IMG/VR virus record: IMGVR_UViG_3300031949_000413
Location: 41,088 to 105,087 of that record
Origin: a virus
Lineage: Duplodnaviria > Heunggongvirae > Uroviricota > Caudoviricetes
Direction: 5' to 3' (one strand)
DNA: 64,000 bases
Shown here: positions 43,521 to 55,100 of the stretch, piece after piece
How the letters are laid out: the number at the start of each line of letters is the position of its first letter
How positions within the stretch are numbered: the stretch's first letter is position 1
Translations under genes and position numbers: made by a program
Notes under the pieces: model-generated
Told to the model about the DNA's origin: nothing
The model's database searches: none
The model's input: the letters and a program-made list of their open reading frames with translations, nothing else

Positions 43521-44486
43521 ATGGTTGAAATGAATACAGACAAATCACTTGTAGCACTCAACACTTCAATACTTGCAGCTGGCTCTGAACTCAACCCAAT
43601 ACTCAACGAGTGGATTGAACATCTCGACCTATTGGTAAATACTGGCGAAATATCATCAGCCACACGGCAGACCTATAGAGAGGGACTTCGACACTTCCTA
43701 GACTGGCATCAGGGTAAGTCCGTCACAACGCAGAATACAATTAGGGAGTGGGTATCTGACTTGCGGGGCGCATTTAACAATGCAACCGTCAGAGTGTGGT
43801 TTTCTGGCTTGCGCGCCTTTTTCGTGTGGGCCACTGATTCTCATTACATTCCTAATAATCCCACTGATGGCATCAAGCTCGGTAAACGAACTGATAGTAG
43901 GAAGCACAAGCGTAGCCCATTAACAGATATAGAAGTCAGGCGCGTACTAGCCGCACCTAATAATACTGTGGTTGGTACACGAGACCGGGCCATATTGTAC
44001 ACAATGGCCTTTACTGCCGCCAGAACTGTCGAGATACATCGCCTAGACCTTAAGGATGTTCATACTGAGGGCAATTCTATTGTATTGGACGTGTATGGCA
44101 AGGGTGAGAAAGAGGCCGATCAATGGATGGTGTTAAGCAACCATAAGGCACAGACCGTTCTATATGAATGGCTGTCGGTTAGAGGAGATGAGACTGGCCC
44201 ACTATTCACATCGCTATCCCCTCGCACTATGGGAAAAAGACTATCTCTATCCGCCATTAGGGAAATGATTAAGTCATACTATAAAGTCGCTGGTGTCACT
44301 GGCGGCATAAAGACAACCCACAGCCTGCGCCACTCGGCTATCACCAATGCTATCAAGCACAAGCTCCCACCTACTAAAGCACAGTCTATGGCACGGCACA
44401 AGAGCCTAGAAACCACTATGATTTACTACCATGAAGAAGATCGTAAAACCAACCCCGCCGAGGAATATATAGACTATGGAGAGTAG
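43521..44486 (+). CDS. int: tyrosine recombinase / phage integrase
   Basis: N-terminal SAM-like domain (TYREGLRHFLDWH). Catalytic domain with R (TRDRAIL), HSLRHSA and MIYYH (the Tyr). Confidence 0.85.
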   Translation: MVEMNTDKSLVALNTSILAAGSELNPILNEWIEHLDLLVNTGEISSATRQTYREGLRHFLDWHQGKSVTTQNTIREWVSDLRGAFNNATVRVWFSGLRAFFVWATDSHYIPNNPTDGIKLGKRTDSRKHKRSPLTDIEVRRVLAAPNNTVVGTRDRAILYTMAFTAARTVEIHRLDLKDVHTEGNSIVLDVYGKGEKEADQWMVLSNHKAQTVLYEWLSVRGDETGPLFTSLSPRTMGKRLSLSAIREMIKSYYKVAGVTGGIKTTHSLRHSAITNAIKHKLPPTKAQSMARHKSLETTMIYYHEEDRKTNPAEEYIDYGE

Positions 44487-44528
44487 TCCAACGTTAGAAT
44501 ATGAATTTAATGCCATTTTTGGAGATTG

Positions 44529-45022
44529 TCAACTACAGCCCCATGATGGCGATATTGTCAAAGAGTGATCTAGCTTTAATGGTATCACACACTCACACAA
44601 GCAATTCTTGAACAGTCTCCGCAGTCTTGCTGTGGACTGACTTTGCTGTAATTCTACACATTCGTAGCCTTGCTGCGCCCACGTGCGCCACTCTGCGCCA
44701 ATGCGAGCTATCAGCCTAGCATCCCATGTCTCTTCAGGTCTAACATCGAATATCCAGTTACCATGACATTGGTTGCGCCCGAAATGCCATGCCATGTCAT
44801 AGGCATTAGGCTCTTTCGGCCAGATGAAGTCGAACACCCGTGCTGTAGGATAATCTCGTGCCAATTCATCGGCCAGGCGCATCGTCTCCATATCCCGTGA
44901 TGGGTCTACCAGTATGACAGCACTATCGGCAATGACTATAGTAGACGCGAAACTACCCAATAGGCGCAGTGTAGGTGTATCACGCCATACATATAAGTTG
45001 GTTAGTTCAAGCTGTCTTACCA
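44529..45022 (-). CDS. hypothetical protein
   Basis: GTG start overlaps the tail-fibre stop (GTGGTAA). ORF-track frame is 44529..45134. Confidence 0.35.
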
Positions 45023-48000
45023 CGTCACTTCCGATGTCCGCATTGTAGCAGTCCACCGTATGTTGTCTGTACCACCAGCATCTTTCACTTGAACCGTGAA
45101 GGAACTGGTCGTCATAGCACATTGAACATCCCAATCAGTGTTATCCTCATAGATGGTCGTTACTGCCTGTGCGAGTATTGAGCCAACTCCACTACTGATT
45201 GATGCTGCGCCAACAATGCGATATGACCCGAAAGATGAATCAATCGTCATAGCCGATACCAGTACGTCGAAGGTAAATATTCCTGTAGAACTGCCCGATG
45301 ATCCATAGAAGTTGAATGGCTCTGATGATCCATCCAAGAAGGTGTCTACCCAGCCAGTATTGCCAGTATGGTCTATCTGTCGCCTAAAGACCACCTGTGA
45401 AGTACCCTGTGCATCGCCTGCCTCAGCAAACATTCCAGAGGCGTGAACAAACTGTCCATAGCTATCTGCTTTAGCATTCTTACCGCCCGGTATGGACGAG
45501 TATGGTACATTGCCACGATTGCTTTCACCTCCCAAAATAGCAGATAAATCACCAGTAGCGGTATTATCGCTGCCCCCACCAATTGTAGAGTAGTCGCCAG
45601 TAGCGTCATTATTGATTCCCCCACCAATTGTAGAGCTGCTACCACTGGATACGTTACTGGCTCCTCCTCCTACAGTCGCACCGACATTGTAAGCATGATT
45701 AAGAGAGCCACCGCCCACAGTCGCATAGCTATTATTAGCAGCATTGAGTTCACCACCACCCACTGTTGACCAAACACCACTGGCAGTATTAGAGGCCCCC
45801 CCACCCACTACAGATTTAGCACCAGTGGCACTATTGCTAAGTCCGCCACCGGCTGTCGCGTAATCTGCGAATGCGCCGTTGCCAGCACCACCGGAGACTG
45901 TGCCATAGTTGCCACTAATGTTATTACCGACACCACCAGAAATGACACTATCTGCTATTCCGGCCCCAATGGTGTTGTTGCGTCCGCTTAGTATTCCAGA
46001 ATAACTACCAGATGTTACCTGACTAGGATCATCTCGCACACTCTGCAAATCAATCGAGTATGCGCCACGTGGATCGCCACCATAGCTCTGATTGTTGATC
46101 AGAGACCCGTACTCAACTCGCAATGGCAACCCGGCTGGATTGACGGACTTAGTTGTGATAGTCCCTGCATTCGCCTCTGGTATTGTTGCGAAAGTCGCCG
46201 CCGATGCCGAGAATAGAATTGTATCCCCGCCAATACTGGTGATAGACATCGTATCATCGGTCGATAAGTGAACATCGGACGCATTGGAACCCGCATCGTC
46301 ATCTGTGATAATCCAGCGAGTTCCAAAGTGTTGATGGTCGCCATGAGACACCGAGCCAGAAGTACCCACATTAGATGTAAAAACATCAGTGGGTGGGTTT
46401 TCATCAAATATAATGTCCGGCATTCCACCCGATATAGTAATTGAGCCAGAAGTCTGAACGAGAGTAATCCCAGAACCCGCAACCAGTTCTACAACATCTT
46501 GTAGGAAGGTATTAGGAACAACACCAATGGAGTTGACACCTGCCGCACCAGGTGTAGCATCAATCCTGAAGTGATGATCATCAACTTGTGTAACTGTAAT
46601 GTTAGTGCCATTAGAGAGATACACTGTTCCAAAGGCAAATAATTCGGAATCATTTCCAATGCGATAGACACCCCTGTGAACATGATCGCCCGGACTAGCA
46701 AGTTCCTCAACGCCTATTACCGGATCGGTATCGACGTGGGCTGGATAGTCTGAGTATAACGATCCTGCACCCGAACCCGACGATGCACCTAGAATGCGCC
46801 CTGCGCCATCCACGTTAATGGTTGAGTTGTAATAGACTCCTGGCGTAACACCAGTAGAACTGAGTGTAGTAGCAATTGTGCTGGTTCCACTGCCGGTAAC
46901 ATCGCCTGTTAGAGTAATTGTCTGGTCGCCGGTGTTCGTGCCAGACAGATTAGTACCCGTCACCACACCATTGGCTGTTACATCATCAGGTGTAATATCT
47001 CCTAACGACAGATCAATCGTCGGTGTACTGGTCTCATTTACGACTGACGAGATAATACCATCTGACGAGTTCACGCTAACAATAGCAACTGTTCCACCGC
47101 CACTAGCGGCAGCAATTGTCCCATACAGCACCAAACTGGCGCTATTCCCCCCTGATCCAGAGCTACAGTCCAGATTAGCGCGCAGCCACGTTCCGCCGCT
47201 TAGAGTAATGGCATCAGTTGGCTGTAAGTCATAGTATTCACCCACAATGACAGTCGGCAAGGTAGAGAACAGGCTAGTCCATGCCCCGCCCTGATTGGTG
47301 CTATATTGAACGTCTGAAGTGATCGATCCGCTAGTCGGTGTCTCGTTCAGATAGAACAAAGCACCTTCAACAGTAAACAAGTCAGGCACATAGTTCAGGC
47401 CATTAAAGTTTGTAGCCGTCGAGAGTGGCCCATCAATGAACCACCGATAGGTATCATAGGCGCTACCCGTTGTAGGTACAAATGTTGGAGCGCCTAGGAA
47501 GGGTCGCCAATCGTCATAGATGTAGCTATTCACCCCGTCGTCATAGCGAACGAGTGATGATCCTGATGAACGTGAATACACCAACCATAGTGGCATTTGC
47601 CTATAGGCGATACGTGGCGGAGACGGCGGAGACGGCGTAGCACTGACCGAGCCAGAAGTCCACGCCAGATCACCATTCTGATTGATGGTCAACAGGTCGT
47701 ATCGGTCGCCCCCAACAGGGAACGACAATGCCGGTGAATTGTCGCCAGCGAAATCAAGTGGTCGTATCGCATCGGTATGATACCAACTACCCGAACTAAT
47801 AATAAGATAATCCGATGCTGGCTCTGGAATGTCTGCCCAGAAACCATGTGTCGGCTTCTCCCACGCTCGGATGTTGTCGAGATTCTTGAGCAGGTTGTTC
47901 AGGCTACCCGTTGTGAAGTCGAAGGACTGAGTAGTATCACCGGCTACACGAGTCTGCGCTAACTGTCCAATGAAGCCGCCAGGCCCCGAACCATGTCCAC

Positions 48001-48109
48001 CGCCCGATCCTGACGACCCGCCGAGCCAGATCGCGTTGGTGCGCCACTCGTACCGAATGGTATTCATCATCGCCGCAAGTTCATCTGCAAAGACTCGATC
48101 ACGTATCAT
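45017..48109 (-). CDS. tail fibre / receptor-binding protein with Gly-rich 15-residue repeats
   Basis: 1030 aa. N-terminal Gly/Ser tract. About 8 tandem repeats of the type TVGGGxxNxAxGxxS. The C-terminal region is Ser/Thr-rich. Confidence 0.65.
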   Translation of the reverse strand: MIRDRVFADELAAMMNTIRYEWRTNAIWLGGSSGSGGGHGSGPGGFIGQLAQTRVAGDTTQSFDFTTGSLNNLLKNLDNIRAWEKPTHGFWADIPEPASDYLIISSGSWYHTDAIRPLDFAGDNSPALSFPVGGDRYDLLTINQNGDLAWTSGSVSATPSPPSPPRIAYRQMPLWLVYSRSSGSSLVRYDDGVNSYIYDDWRPFLGAPTFVPTTGSAYDTYRWFIDGPLSTATNFNGLNYVPDLFTVEGALFYLNETPTSGSITSDVQYSTNQGGAWTSLFSTLPTVIVGEYYDLQPTDAITLSGGTWLRANLDCSSGSGGNSASLVLYGTIAAASGGGTVAIVSVNSSDGIISSVVNETSTPTIDLSLGDITPDDVTANGVVTGTNLSGTNTGDQTITLTGDVTGSGTSTIATTLSSTGVTPGVYYNSTINVDGAGRILGASSGSGAGSLYSDYPAHVDTDPVIGVEELASPGDHVHRGVYRIGNDSELFAFGTVYLSNGTNITVTQVDDHHFRIDATPGAAGVNSIGVVPNTFLQDVVELVAGSGITLVQTSGSITISGGMPDIIFDENPPTDVFTSNVGTSGSVSHGDHQHFGTRWIITDDDAGSNASDVHLSTDDTMSITSIGGDTILFSASAATFATIPEANAGTITTKSVNPAGLPLRVEYGSLINNQSYGGDPRGAYSIDLQSVRDDPSQVTSGSYSGILSGRNNTIGAGIADSVISGGVGNNISGNYGTVSGGAGNGAFADYATAGGGLSNSATGAKSVVGGGASNTASGVWSTVGGGELNAANNSYATVGGGSLNHAYNVGATVGGGASNVSSGSSSTIGGGINNDATGDYSTIGGGSDNTATGDLSAILGGESNRGNVPYSSIPGGKNAKADSYGQFVHASGMFAEAGDAQGTSQVVFRRQIDHTGNTGWVDTFLDGSSEPFNFYGSSGSSTGIFTFDVLVSAMTIDSSFGSYRIVGAASISSGVGSILAQAVTTIYEDNTDWDVQCAMTTSSFTVQVKDAGGTDNIRWTATMRTSEVTW

Positions 48110-48113
48110 AGAA

Positions 48114-48623
48114 TCACTCGGTCAACTCTAAATCGGTCAGGACAGCCGCCATCGCAAATCCACTATCCGAACGGCTATGCACAAAGCCCGGATAAGTCGT
48201 CACATTGTCTACTTTCGGGAACGATCCTGTTGTGCTGGCTGCCAATATAGGCAATGCGTTCCCAAAGTCTGCTACAGCATCCACGGCATAGAATCCTACT
48301 GGAACAGTGCTACCCGAACTCCAGCCAGTCACGCCCGGCGTCTTGTTGTACATTCCCACAAAACTCGTTGGCCCCTGCCCTAGCGCATACGTATAGGTAT
48401 CTGGCCCATAGGGCGTCTGGCAGATAGCCGTTACGAAGCCCATCCCGGACTGCGGCTTTACGTCTGTATAATTTGCGCCGTCCAGTGTCTTCAGCAAACC
48501 ACTTCCTAACTTATATACATACAGTGCATCACCGTTAAATAGACGCGGGTCGCCACTGTCCTCAAATGTCCCCAGTGTGTATGGCGATCCTGATGTCACC
48601 GCAAGCATATAGAAAGTGGTCAT
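48114..48623 (-). CDS. hypothetical tail-associated protein
   Basis: ATGA coupling at 48620-48623 with the upstream baseplate gene. Confidence 0.4.
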   Translation of the reverse strand: MTTFYMLAVTSGSPYTLGTFEDSGDPRLFNGDALYVYKLGSGLLKTLDGANYTDVKPQSGMGFVTAICQTPYGPDTYTYALGQGPTSFVGMYNKTPGVTGWSSGSTVPVGFYAVDAVADFGNALPILAASTTGSFPKVDNVTTYPGFVHSRSDSGFAMAAVLTDLELTE

Positions 48624-50794
48624 AGCACTATCGTTCCAGCCCCACATAAGCTCTTGAATGGATACGGATAGAACTTCGCACCGAACCCCTGATGATTGGT
48701 ATCTCCATAGGGTGACAGTCCCCAACTATGGGCATCAGAATCGCACGTGTCATTCCCAGTAGTGATTCCTTGCATCATCAACTGCTGATACGATCCATGC
48801 GGACTGTAGAAGAACCCAAAATGCAACTTAAATGGCTCTAATGGAATGAGCGATGGATAATACACTGGTAACGAATAGGTCGCCCCCCAAATAACCGGAA
48901 ATGGACGCGCTGGCCCCGGCACGAAATTCAACTGAAATTCCCAAGCGTAATAGCCCTGACTATCCGGCTCGGCTTGATAATGATCTGTCGGTGTGCCGAA
49001 CATGAACACATTATCTCGATAGGAGGCAAATGGACAAATCGCCCTAAAAAAGATATTAGCGACTGCTCTGTGATTTACGGTATCTATTCCTGTTAAAGTA
49101 ATGTTATTAGCCCACCAGTTGGATACAGGATCACTAGCAATGCCCATTTTACACATTGCTATTAGATTAAAGTGAGGCGCATCCCACCCCAAAAAATCAA
49201 CCACGTGATTTAGCGATCCCCCATATATCTTATATGGAAAATTGTAGTCCTGCCCGTCTCCTTCTGAAGCAACAATGTATGGCACACTTAGATCATACGC
49301 TCGCACATTGTACTGATCGTCTTCGCCCAGTTCAGGTATCTTCAATTCTGTACTGGTAAAAATAGTCGATAACGATGCCGGATTGCTCCCCGTGTTATCC
49401 CAGTACCAACTTCTCGATTGCTGTGGCTCTGGCGAAGTCGAGCCACTTGTCGATCCACTAGTGGTGCTTAATAAAGCCGTAGAGATAGCAGCAAATTGGT
49501 GTATCCCCACTGCGTCAACTGCCACAATCTTCCCATAAGACACCGACCCCGATGTAAGCGCATCCGTATCATCAGCGTTAATGGCTGGTGTAGCTAGCGA
49601 CATTAACGACCACGAACCGGATGATTGGCTGTCGTCCGTATAGTAGATGTTGTTATTGACAATCGCCACACCCTCATCAAAGGCATTAAAGGCTAAGCGT
49701 GGTACATATAGGTTGCCAGTTGTCGGCAAGCCTGCATTGAACGTCGCCCACGATGCCCCACCATCATCAGACTTATAGACACCATGCCGAGTCGTTCCAG
49801 CATACACTTTAGGCACTCGTCTCGACCAACCCGCAATACGTGGACATCGCTCGCCAATCGTCACACGCATCACATAGCCCTTATCATCGTAGTCGGACTC
49901 TAATGATGTGATCACATCCCAGTCAGAGTATGATTCGTGGCCCATCCGAGCCGATTGCCCAATCCACAGATATGGGTTGCCAACAATTTCACCCGTTACA
50001 ACAATAGTCTCACTTCCCAACTCTTCCAATAGATAATCAGCAATGCGTTGTGCTTCGGAGTTTGTGCCTATCATGGGCGATGCGACTGCCGTTACCCTAT
50101 CAGGAATGATAGTCTCTAATGGCCCATAGGCATTGGCAAAGACATTGCCTTCTGTACTGGCATAGCCATACACTTTGACATTAGTGCGTGTCCACTCGTC
50201 ATCGTTCCGACGATCATAAGAAATGAAGTTTGACAGACCAATACTGCCCGAATTACGTGCCACGCGCCCTATTTGTAACACCCCATGTCGGTTGCAATAC
50301 GCATACTGTGACGCATAGGTCATCACATCCTGTAGGGATTCATGAACCGTCCGCAAGCCAATTTGAACACCTGCCGGGACAGTGTGGCCCGGACTATTGA
50401 TCTCATACTGCAACTCGCACAACCCCAACAAATACCCTTCCCAATAGTCTGTCAATTGTGGCGTATAGCCCGGAACGGGTTGGTCATTAGCATCGTGGCC
50501 CGTGGTGATTCGCTCACCAATGAAGTACGACAATGCTCGTGTATAGGTATCTACACACTCAATTGTCCAATCGTAAGACGGTCGTTCGCGTTGCCCGCTT
50601 GTCACATAACCCGTAAAGACTTTGACATCATTCTCATAGAGCTCAACCGGATCAGATACCGTAATGGATGACGAGAACGACGAATCCAAAATCAGTGTAG
50701 CTTGTTGGCCCGGTGCGCAAAGATTGAGACGACGTTTCAACGAGCGAACCGCCCCGGCTATTTCATTCCCGCCTATCGTTCCAGTGACAGACAT
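48620..50794 (-). CDS. tail tip / baseplate protein with BNR (Asp-box) motif
   Basis: 724 aa. YKSDDGGASWATF is a sialidase-type Asp-box. Position matches a distal tail protein. Confidence 0.45.
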   Translation of the reverse strand: MSVTGTIGGNEIAGAVRSLKRRLNLCAPGQQATLILDSSFSSSITVSDPVELYENDVKVFTGYVTSGQRERPSYDWTIECVDTYTRALSYFIGERITTGHDANDQPVPGYTPQLTDYWEGYLLGLCELQYEINSPGHTVPAGVQIGLRTVHESLQDVMTYASQYAYCNRHGVLQIGRVARNSGSIGLSNFISYDRRNDDEWTRTNVKVYGYASTEGNVFANAYGPLETIIPDRVTAVASPMIGTNSEAQRIADYLLEELGSETIVVTGEIVGNPYLWIGQSARMGHESYSDWDVITSLESDYDDKGYVMRVTIGERCPRIAGWSRRVPKVYAGTTRHGVYKSDDGGASWATFNAGLPTTGNLYVPRLAFNAFDEGVAIVNNNIYYTDDSQSSGSWSLMSLATPAINADDTDALTSGSVSYGKIVAVDAVGIHQFAAISTALLSTTSGSTSGSTSPEPQQSRSWYWDNTGSNPASLSTIFTSTELKIPELGEDDQYNVRAYDLSVPYIVASEGDGQDYNFPYKIYGGSLNHVVDFLGWDAPHFNLIAMCKMGIASDPVSNWWANNITLTGIDTVNHRAVANIFFRAICPFASYRDNVFMFGTPTDHYQAEPDSQGYYAWEFQLNFVPGPARPFPVIWGATYSLPVYYPSLIPLEPFKLHFGFFYSPHGSYQQLMMQGITTGNDTCDSDAHSWGLSPYGDTNHQGFGAKFYPYPFKSLCGAGTIVL

Positions 50795-50803
50795 ATCCTT
50801 ATC

Positions 50804-51775
50804 CTATGTTACGCACACAACACTGGTCTGAAAACCAGTATCGTCCAATTTGTGCGACACCCTGTAAACAAACACATCCAAGTCAAGACCCGTGTACGAT
50901 TCTGTAACGTGAGCTATATGCCTAGCCCGGACATTATGATCCCCCTCAAGGTCAATGTTTATGCTACGGCCCAAGCGATTAAGTAGCGTTAAATTAAGCG
51001 CCGCCGTTCTACTTGCAAGATCGGCTGTATCGATCATCTCGTGAGCTATTACGCTGGTCTGCCTTACCACTGTATATGGACTAGGGTCTTCGGCTTCTGC
51101 ATGAATGTCGTCCTTACCGTAAACAACAATGCGATCCCGAATTGACGCATTGCTTTCCTCATAACTGATATTCAGTATTTGGCCGCTGGCTCCTGTTACC
51201 CAAGTCCAATCAGGTGTATCACCACCAACAATATAAGGCCATCTCTCTTCGTAGTGTATATTTCCACCTTGACTACAGAAGATCACACGCCCAGTTATTG
51301 TGCTAGTAAACTGTAGTGCCTCACCCACACTCTGTAAATTAAACTTCGCGCCGTCCTCGTTCGTGCCGAATGTGAAGCTCGGACTTGGTGGTGCTGTGAT
51401 GACATCTGGTAGTCCTGCCTCTCCCAACAGTGCGTTCACCAAGTCATAGTCTGATATGCTATGGAACGTTAGTGGGTTCTCTGGATCGTCGGATGCCAAA
51501 AAGAAATCTACGGCACGCACCAGAATGTCGTTGGCTACAATGGTAAATAGTCCGTCCGGTCTCTGACGAGTTATTTTTTTAACGTAGCCATCGAACACAA
51601 TAGAATGATCTCCAGCATAACCCAAGTCGATCTCAATTGCACTTGACAGACTTAGCGATGTAGCTTTGCACTCGATAGTAGCATTGGCCGTTAGCGAACT
51701 ATAACTCGCTTCGGTTGTTACGCTGTAAATTCCTGTACAGCCGGTAACGGTACAATACGTCGCAAGTGAGCTCAT
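50804..51775 (-). CDS. tail protein (hypothetical)
   Basis: 323 aa. ATGA-coupled. Confidence 0.4.
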   Translation of the reverse strand: MSSLATYCTVTGCTGIYSVTTEASYSSLTANATIECKATSLSLSSAIEIDLGYAGDHSIVFDGYVKKITRQRPDGLFTIVANDILVRAVDFFLASDDPENPLTFHSISDYDLVNALLGEAGLPDVITAPPSPSFTFGTNEDGAKFNLQSVGEALQFTSTITGRVIFCSQGGNIHYEERWPYIVGGDTPDWTWVTGASGQILNISYEESNASIRDRIVVYGKDDIHAEAEDPSPYTVVRQTSVIAHEMIDTADLASRTAALNLTLLNRLGRSINIDLEGDHNVRARHIAHVTESYTGLDLDVFVYRVSHKLDDTGFQTSVVCVT

Positions 51776-52155
51776 ACTGGTGCAGTCACCAAGTCCAAGT
51801 CACATTCCCAAATAGGCGTCAGGGCCGTTGAATATGATACTCCATCAATGACCGCCCCGCTATATTTTAAGAATGAAAACTTGGGCGAGCCATCAATGCG
51901 CTGGTTTAGGAAATTTCCGTAAGGCGTGAATAATGTACGTACCGTGTTACCGATAGCATCTGCCACGATAGCCGCTTTGTTGGCTTCACCAATGACCAAC
52001 CCCTTAATGTGGCGCTTCTCACTACCTGCCCCAAAGAAGTGATATTGCGACTCCGTGCTATCCAAAATGAACAGCTCGGATCGCTTTATTTCACGCGAGA
52101 TGTCACCCTCGCTAACAAAAATATCAACGCTGCCAAATTGCCACAGTGCGGTCAT
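51772..52155 (-). CDS. tail protein (hypothetical; distal tail?)
   Basis: 127 aa. Coupled directly downstream of the tape measure gene. Confidence 0.4.
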   Translation of the reverse strand: MTALWQFGSVDIFVSEGDISREIKRSELFILDSTESQYHFFGAGSEKRHIKGLVIGEANKAAIVADAIGNTVRTLFTPYGNFLNQRIDGSPKFSFLKYSGAVIDGVSYSTALTPIWECDLDLVTAPV

Positions 52156-55100
52156 CGTCGTGCCCCCTGTAGAGACTTAATGCCCTGACTGGTAAACGCT
52201 TTCACGATCATCTGATACAGTATCGGGAATACAGTCCGCGCAACCACCTGTCCATTCATCATTACCGATAGGTTGGCATTAAAGGTAGCCTTAATGGGTA
52301 ACGCCGCCACATTTACCGTTACCGCTGTCTGGCCCGATTTACCCATACCTTTAGTAATGTCATCACCCATGTCGCCCATGCCGCCACCTGACCAAAAACG
52401 TCCACCCGCCCCCAAATTGCTCAGGCGCGAGATATTGCCAGCCAACATTCCTATGTTCTGAGTCAATAGAGCCGTTTGTTGACCACCCGTTAATGGCTTA
52501 TCTTCAGTCAGCCCCAGACGTTGCGGCATCATTGAGATCGATCCAAAGAATGCCGCCAGTGCAGTCTTAATATCAACTGACGATTCACGTCTTGGAGATA
52601 CACCCACTATTGGTTCTTCTTTCTGTTCGCGCAGTCCACCCGCCAATGGTTGCTTGTTCCACATATCCCAGAACTTAGCAATACCCGTCTCTTGCGGCTG
52701 AATGGCTGAACGCTCTTGCATGGTGGGTGACAACTTCACTCCGGCTGTCGTCAGGGCGGTAGCAATCAGCCCCATAATGTCCATGTTGGCAGCCATCTTA
52801 GCCATCTCCAGCTGGCCTGGTGCAGTCATCCCTAACCCGGTATAGGATGCTTTAATTGCCGCCACGATCTGACTGGCTGACATCTGAACTGCGGTCGATA
52901 CCTTATCACCAGAAGTATTAGTCGCCCCTAGCATTGCTGCCAAAGCCGCCGCGTCGAAACCTCCACCCTCTGACTTGTTCCATCTCTGCAAATCCAATGA
53001 CGAGATAGGCACGAGCGCCGTTGCGCCTGCTGGTAAGTTCCATGTGCCGGACAATTGTGCCTTCTCAACCTTAGTCAAGTCCTCTAAGGCCATCTGCAAC
53101 GCTGTCATTCTGGCGTGCATGGTCTTGAACACGTTCTGGTCGCCCAGCAATAGGTTAATGTTCATCTGCTTCTCAGGCGAGCCGATCTTGGTCAAGAACG
53201 CATCGTACTGTGCTGTCAACGCCTGTAACTGTCCAAACTGTGACGGGTCAACATTCTTGAGACGCTGGAACTGGAAGTCGCTCTGATCCTCCTTCATCTT
53301 ACCCAACGCCTTTTGGATATTGGCATAGTCTTGACCCATCTCATACTTCATGCCCTGCTGAGTGCGAACAAGCTGTACTGCCGTATCAAGTTGTTGCTTA
53401 TACGCCTCTGCCACCTTATTGGCCTCGGCTGTGGTTAGCCCCATTGCTAATGCCTGTTCCCGAATGGCTTGTATCTCCATCTGCGATATTTGCAATGATA
53501 GCTGTTTGGCTTGATTGATTTCCTCTTGGCTATACTTGGTTAAGTCCAGTTCGTTGGTCGGCAGGAATTGGCTAAGCTGGGATAGATTCGGTGCTCCACC
53601 AGTTTCACCAGCTTGCTCGAACATATCCTGAGCAAGCATTCTGAAATTGCTCTTCATGTTGTCGGCTGGCTTCCAAGCAGTGATAAAGTTAGTCGGTGCT
53701 GTTGCTGTCGTACCCGCTACTGCATCTTTCACCTCTCCCTTAAGCAGCGACGGCAATTGTTTCATCCCCGCCAAGATTCCATCCAAGAATGATAGCCCCG
53801 TCTTCGTCCCCAAGTCCTTAGTGTTAGATATGATGGATTGCTTAGTAGCTTCATCTATAGTAAACTGTTGAGCAAATTTGTCTCGATCAACTTTAGTCAT
53901 GCCAACAGCGCCAGGCAATATCATAGACGTGGCAAGATCAGACCAGGCTGTATTGTATTCATCTATAGCCTTATCTGCTACCTCTCTAGACAGTCCTGAC
54001 AGACTAGCAATGAAATCGGCCTTAATCTTACGAGCCGCCGCCCGTGGATCGCCCAATTGACGCTCCACAACACCAAATTCGGATGCCATTGCACCTTGCC
54101 GACCGCCCTTCTCGCCACCTGCCATGCTACCAAGAAATACATTCACGGACAGGCCAATATCATTCATCATCGCGCCGAAAGTATCCGCATTTTGTCTTAG
54201 TTCCTCAATGCGCGCTTTAACACGATCCACCATTTTGCCGAATGTTTTGTCAATCATATTATTCATACTGTTCAGTGTACCCTCGACATCCCCTAACCCC
54301 TCTCTTGCGCCCTCTGCCGCCGCCTGGAACACTCCGCGCATTGCGTCTCGTGCCTGTCCCTTAATGGCTCCGCCGCCGATTATATCAATGATCTTTTCTC
54401 GAATATCTGGGGCGAAGGTAGACCATTTGTTACCAATCTCAGATAGAATATCCCCCATTGGCTTTAGATTCTTGTTTACATCTAAAACATCTACCCCAAG
54501 GACATGAAGACTGTTAGCAAAGGTAACAATATTCTCGCCCTTCAATCTATCAACACTGTCAGTGAATCTATTGAATGCCTGATAAACCACGTCAACAGTT
54601 CTACCAGAAGCCGCAGCACCTTGTACCACAATCGCAAATGTCTTTTCAAAGCTTAACCCCATTGCATCGCTCAAAGACTTGATGCTAGGCAGAACATTCA
54701 TAAAGGTGGTCGCATCACCTCCCACTCTCTTATAGCCCGCTGCCACTAAGTCAGCCATCTTGCTGGCCGATTGACCAGTAGCGAGTTGTGCCTCACCCAG
54801 CGCATTTACGGCTTGCTTAACATCAGATAGACCTAATGCTTCGGTAAGTTTTGTGGCCGCGCCGAATAGCTCCTGTTGCCCACCCGGAGTCTTCTGGAAT
54901 CGACTTGTCTCAACAATGCCCGATGCTGCCGCTGATGGCATAATACCCCGCTGAACTGCCGCCTCGCGCAATGCGTTGTATTGCTGTGTAGCCTCACCTA
55001 TTGACTGATCGGTAATGGCCGCAAATCTAGCAACAGCAACACTATATTGCTCCATCGCTTTGATGGTTTCTTGTATCTCATGTTGGGCAGTACGTAAGGT

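Noticed and set aside
44529-45134. Start of the 201-aa ORF at 45134
   Set aside because: That start would overlap the tail fibre gene by 118 nt. A GTG overlapping the tail fibre stop (GTGGTAA at about 45022) gives a normal coupled arrangement.
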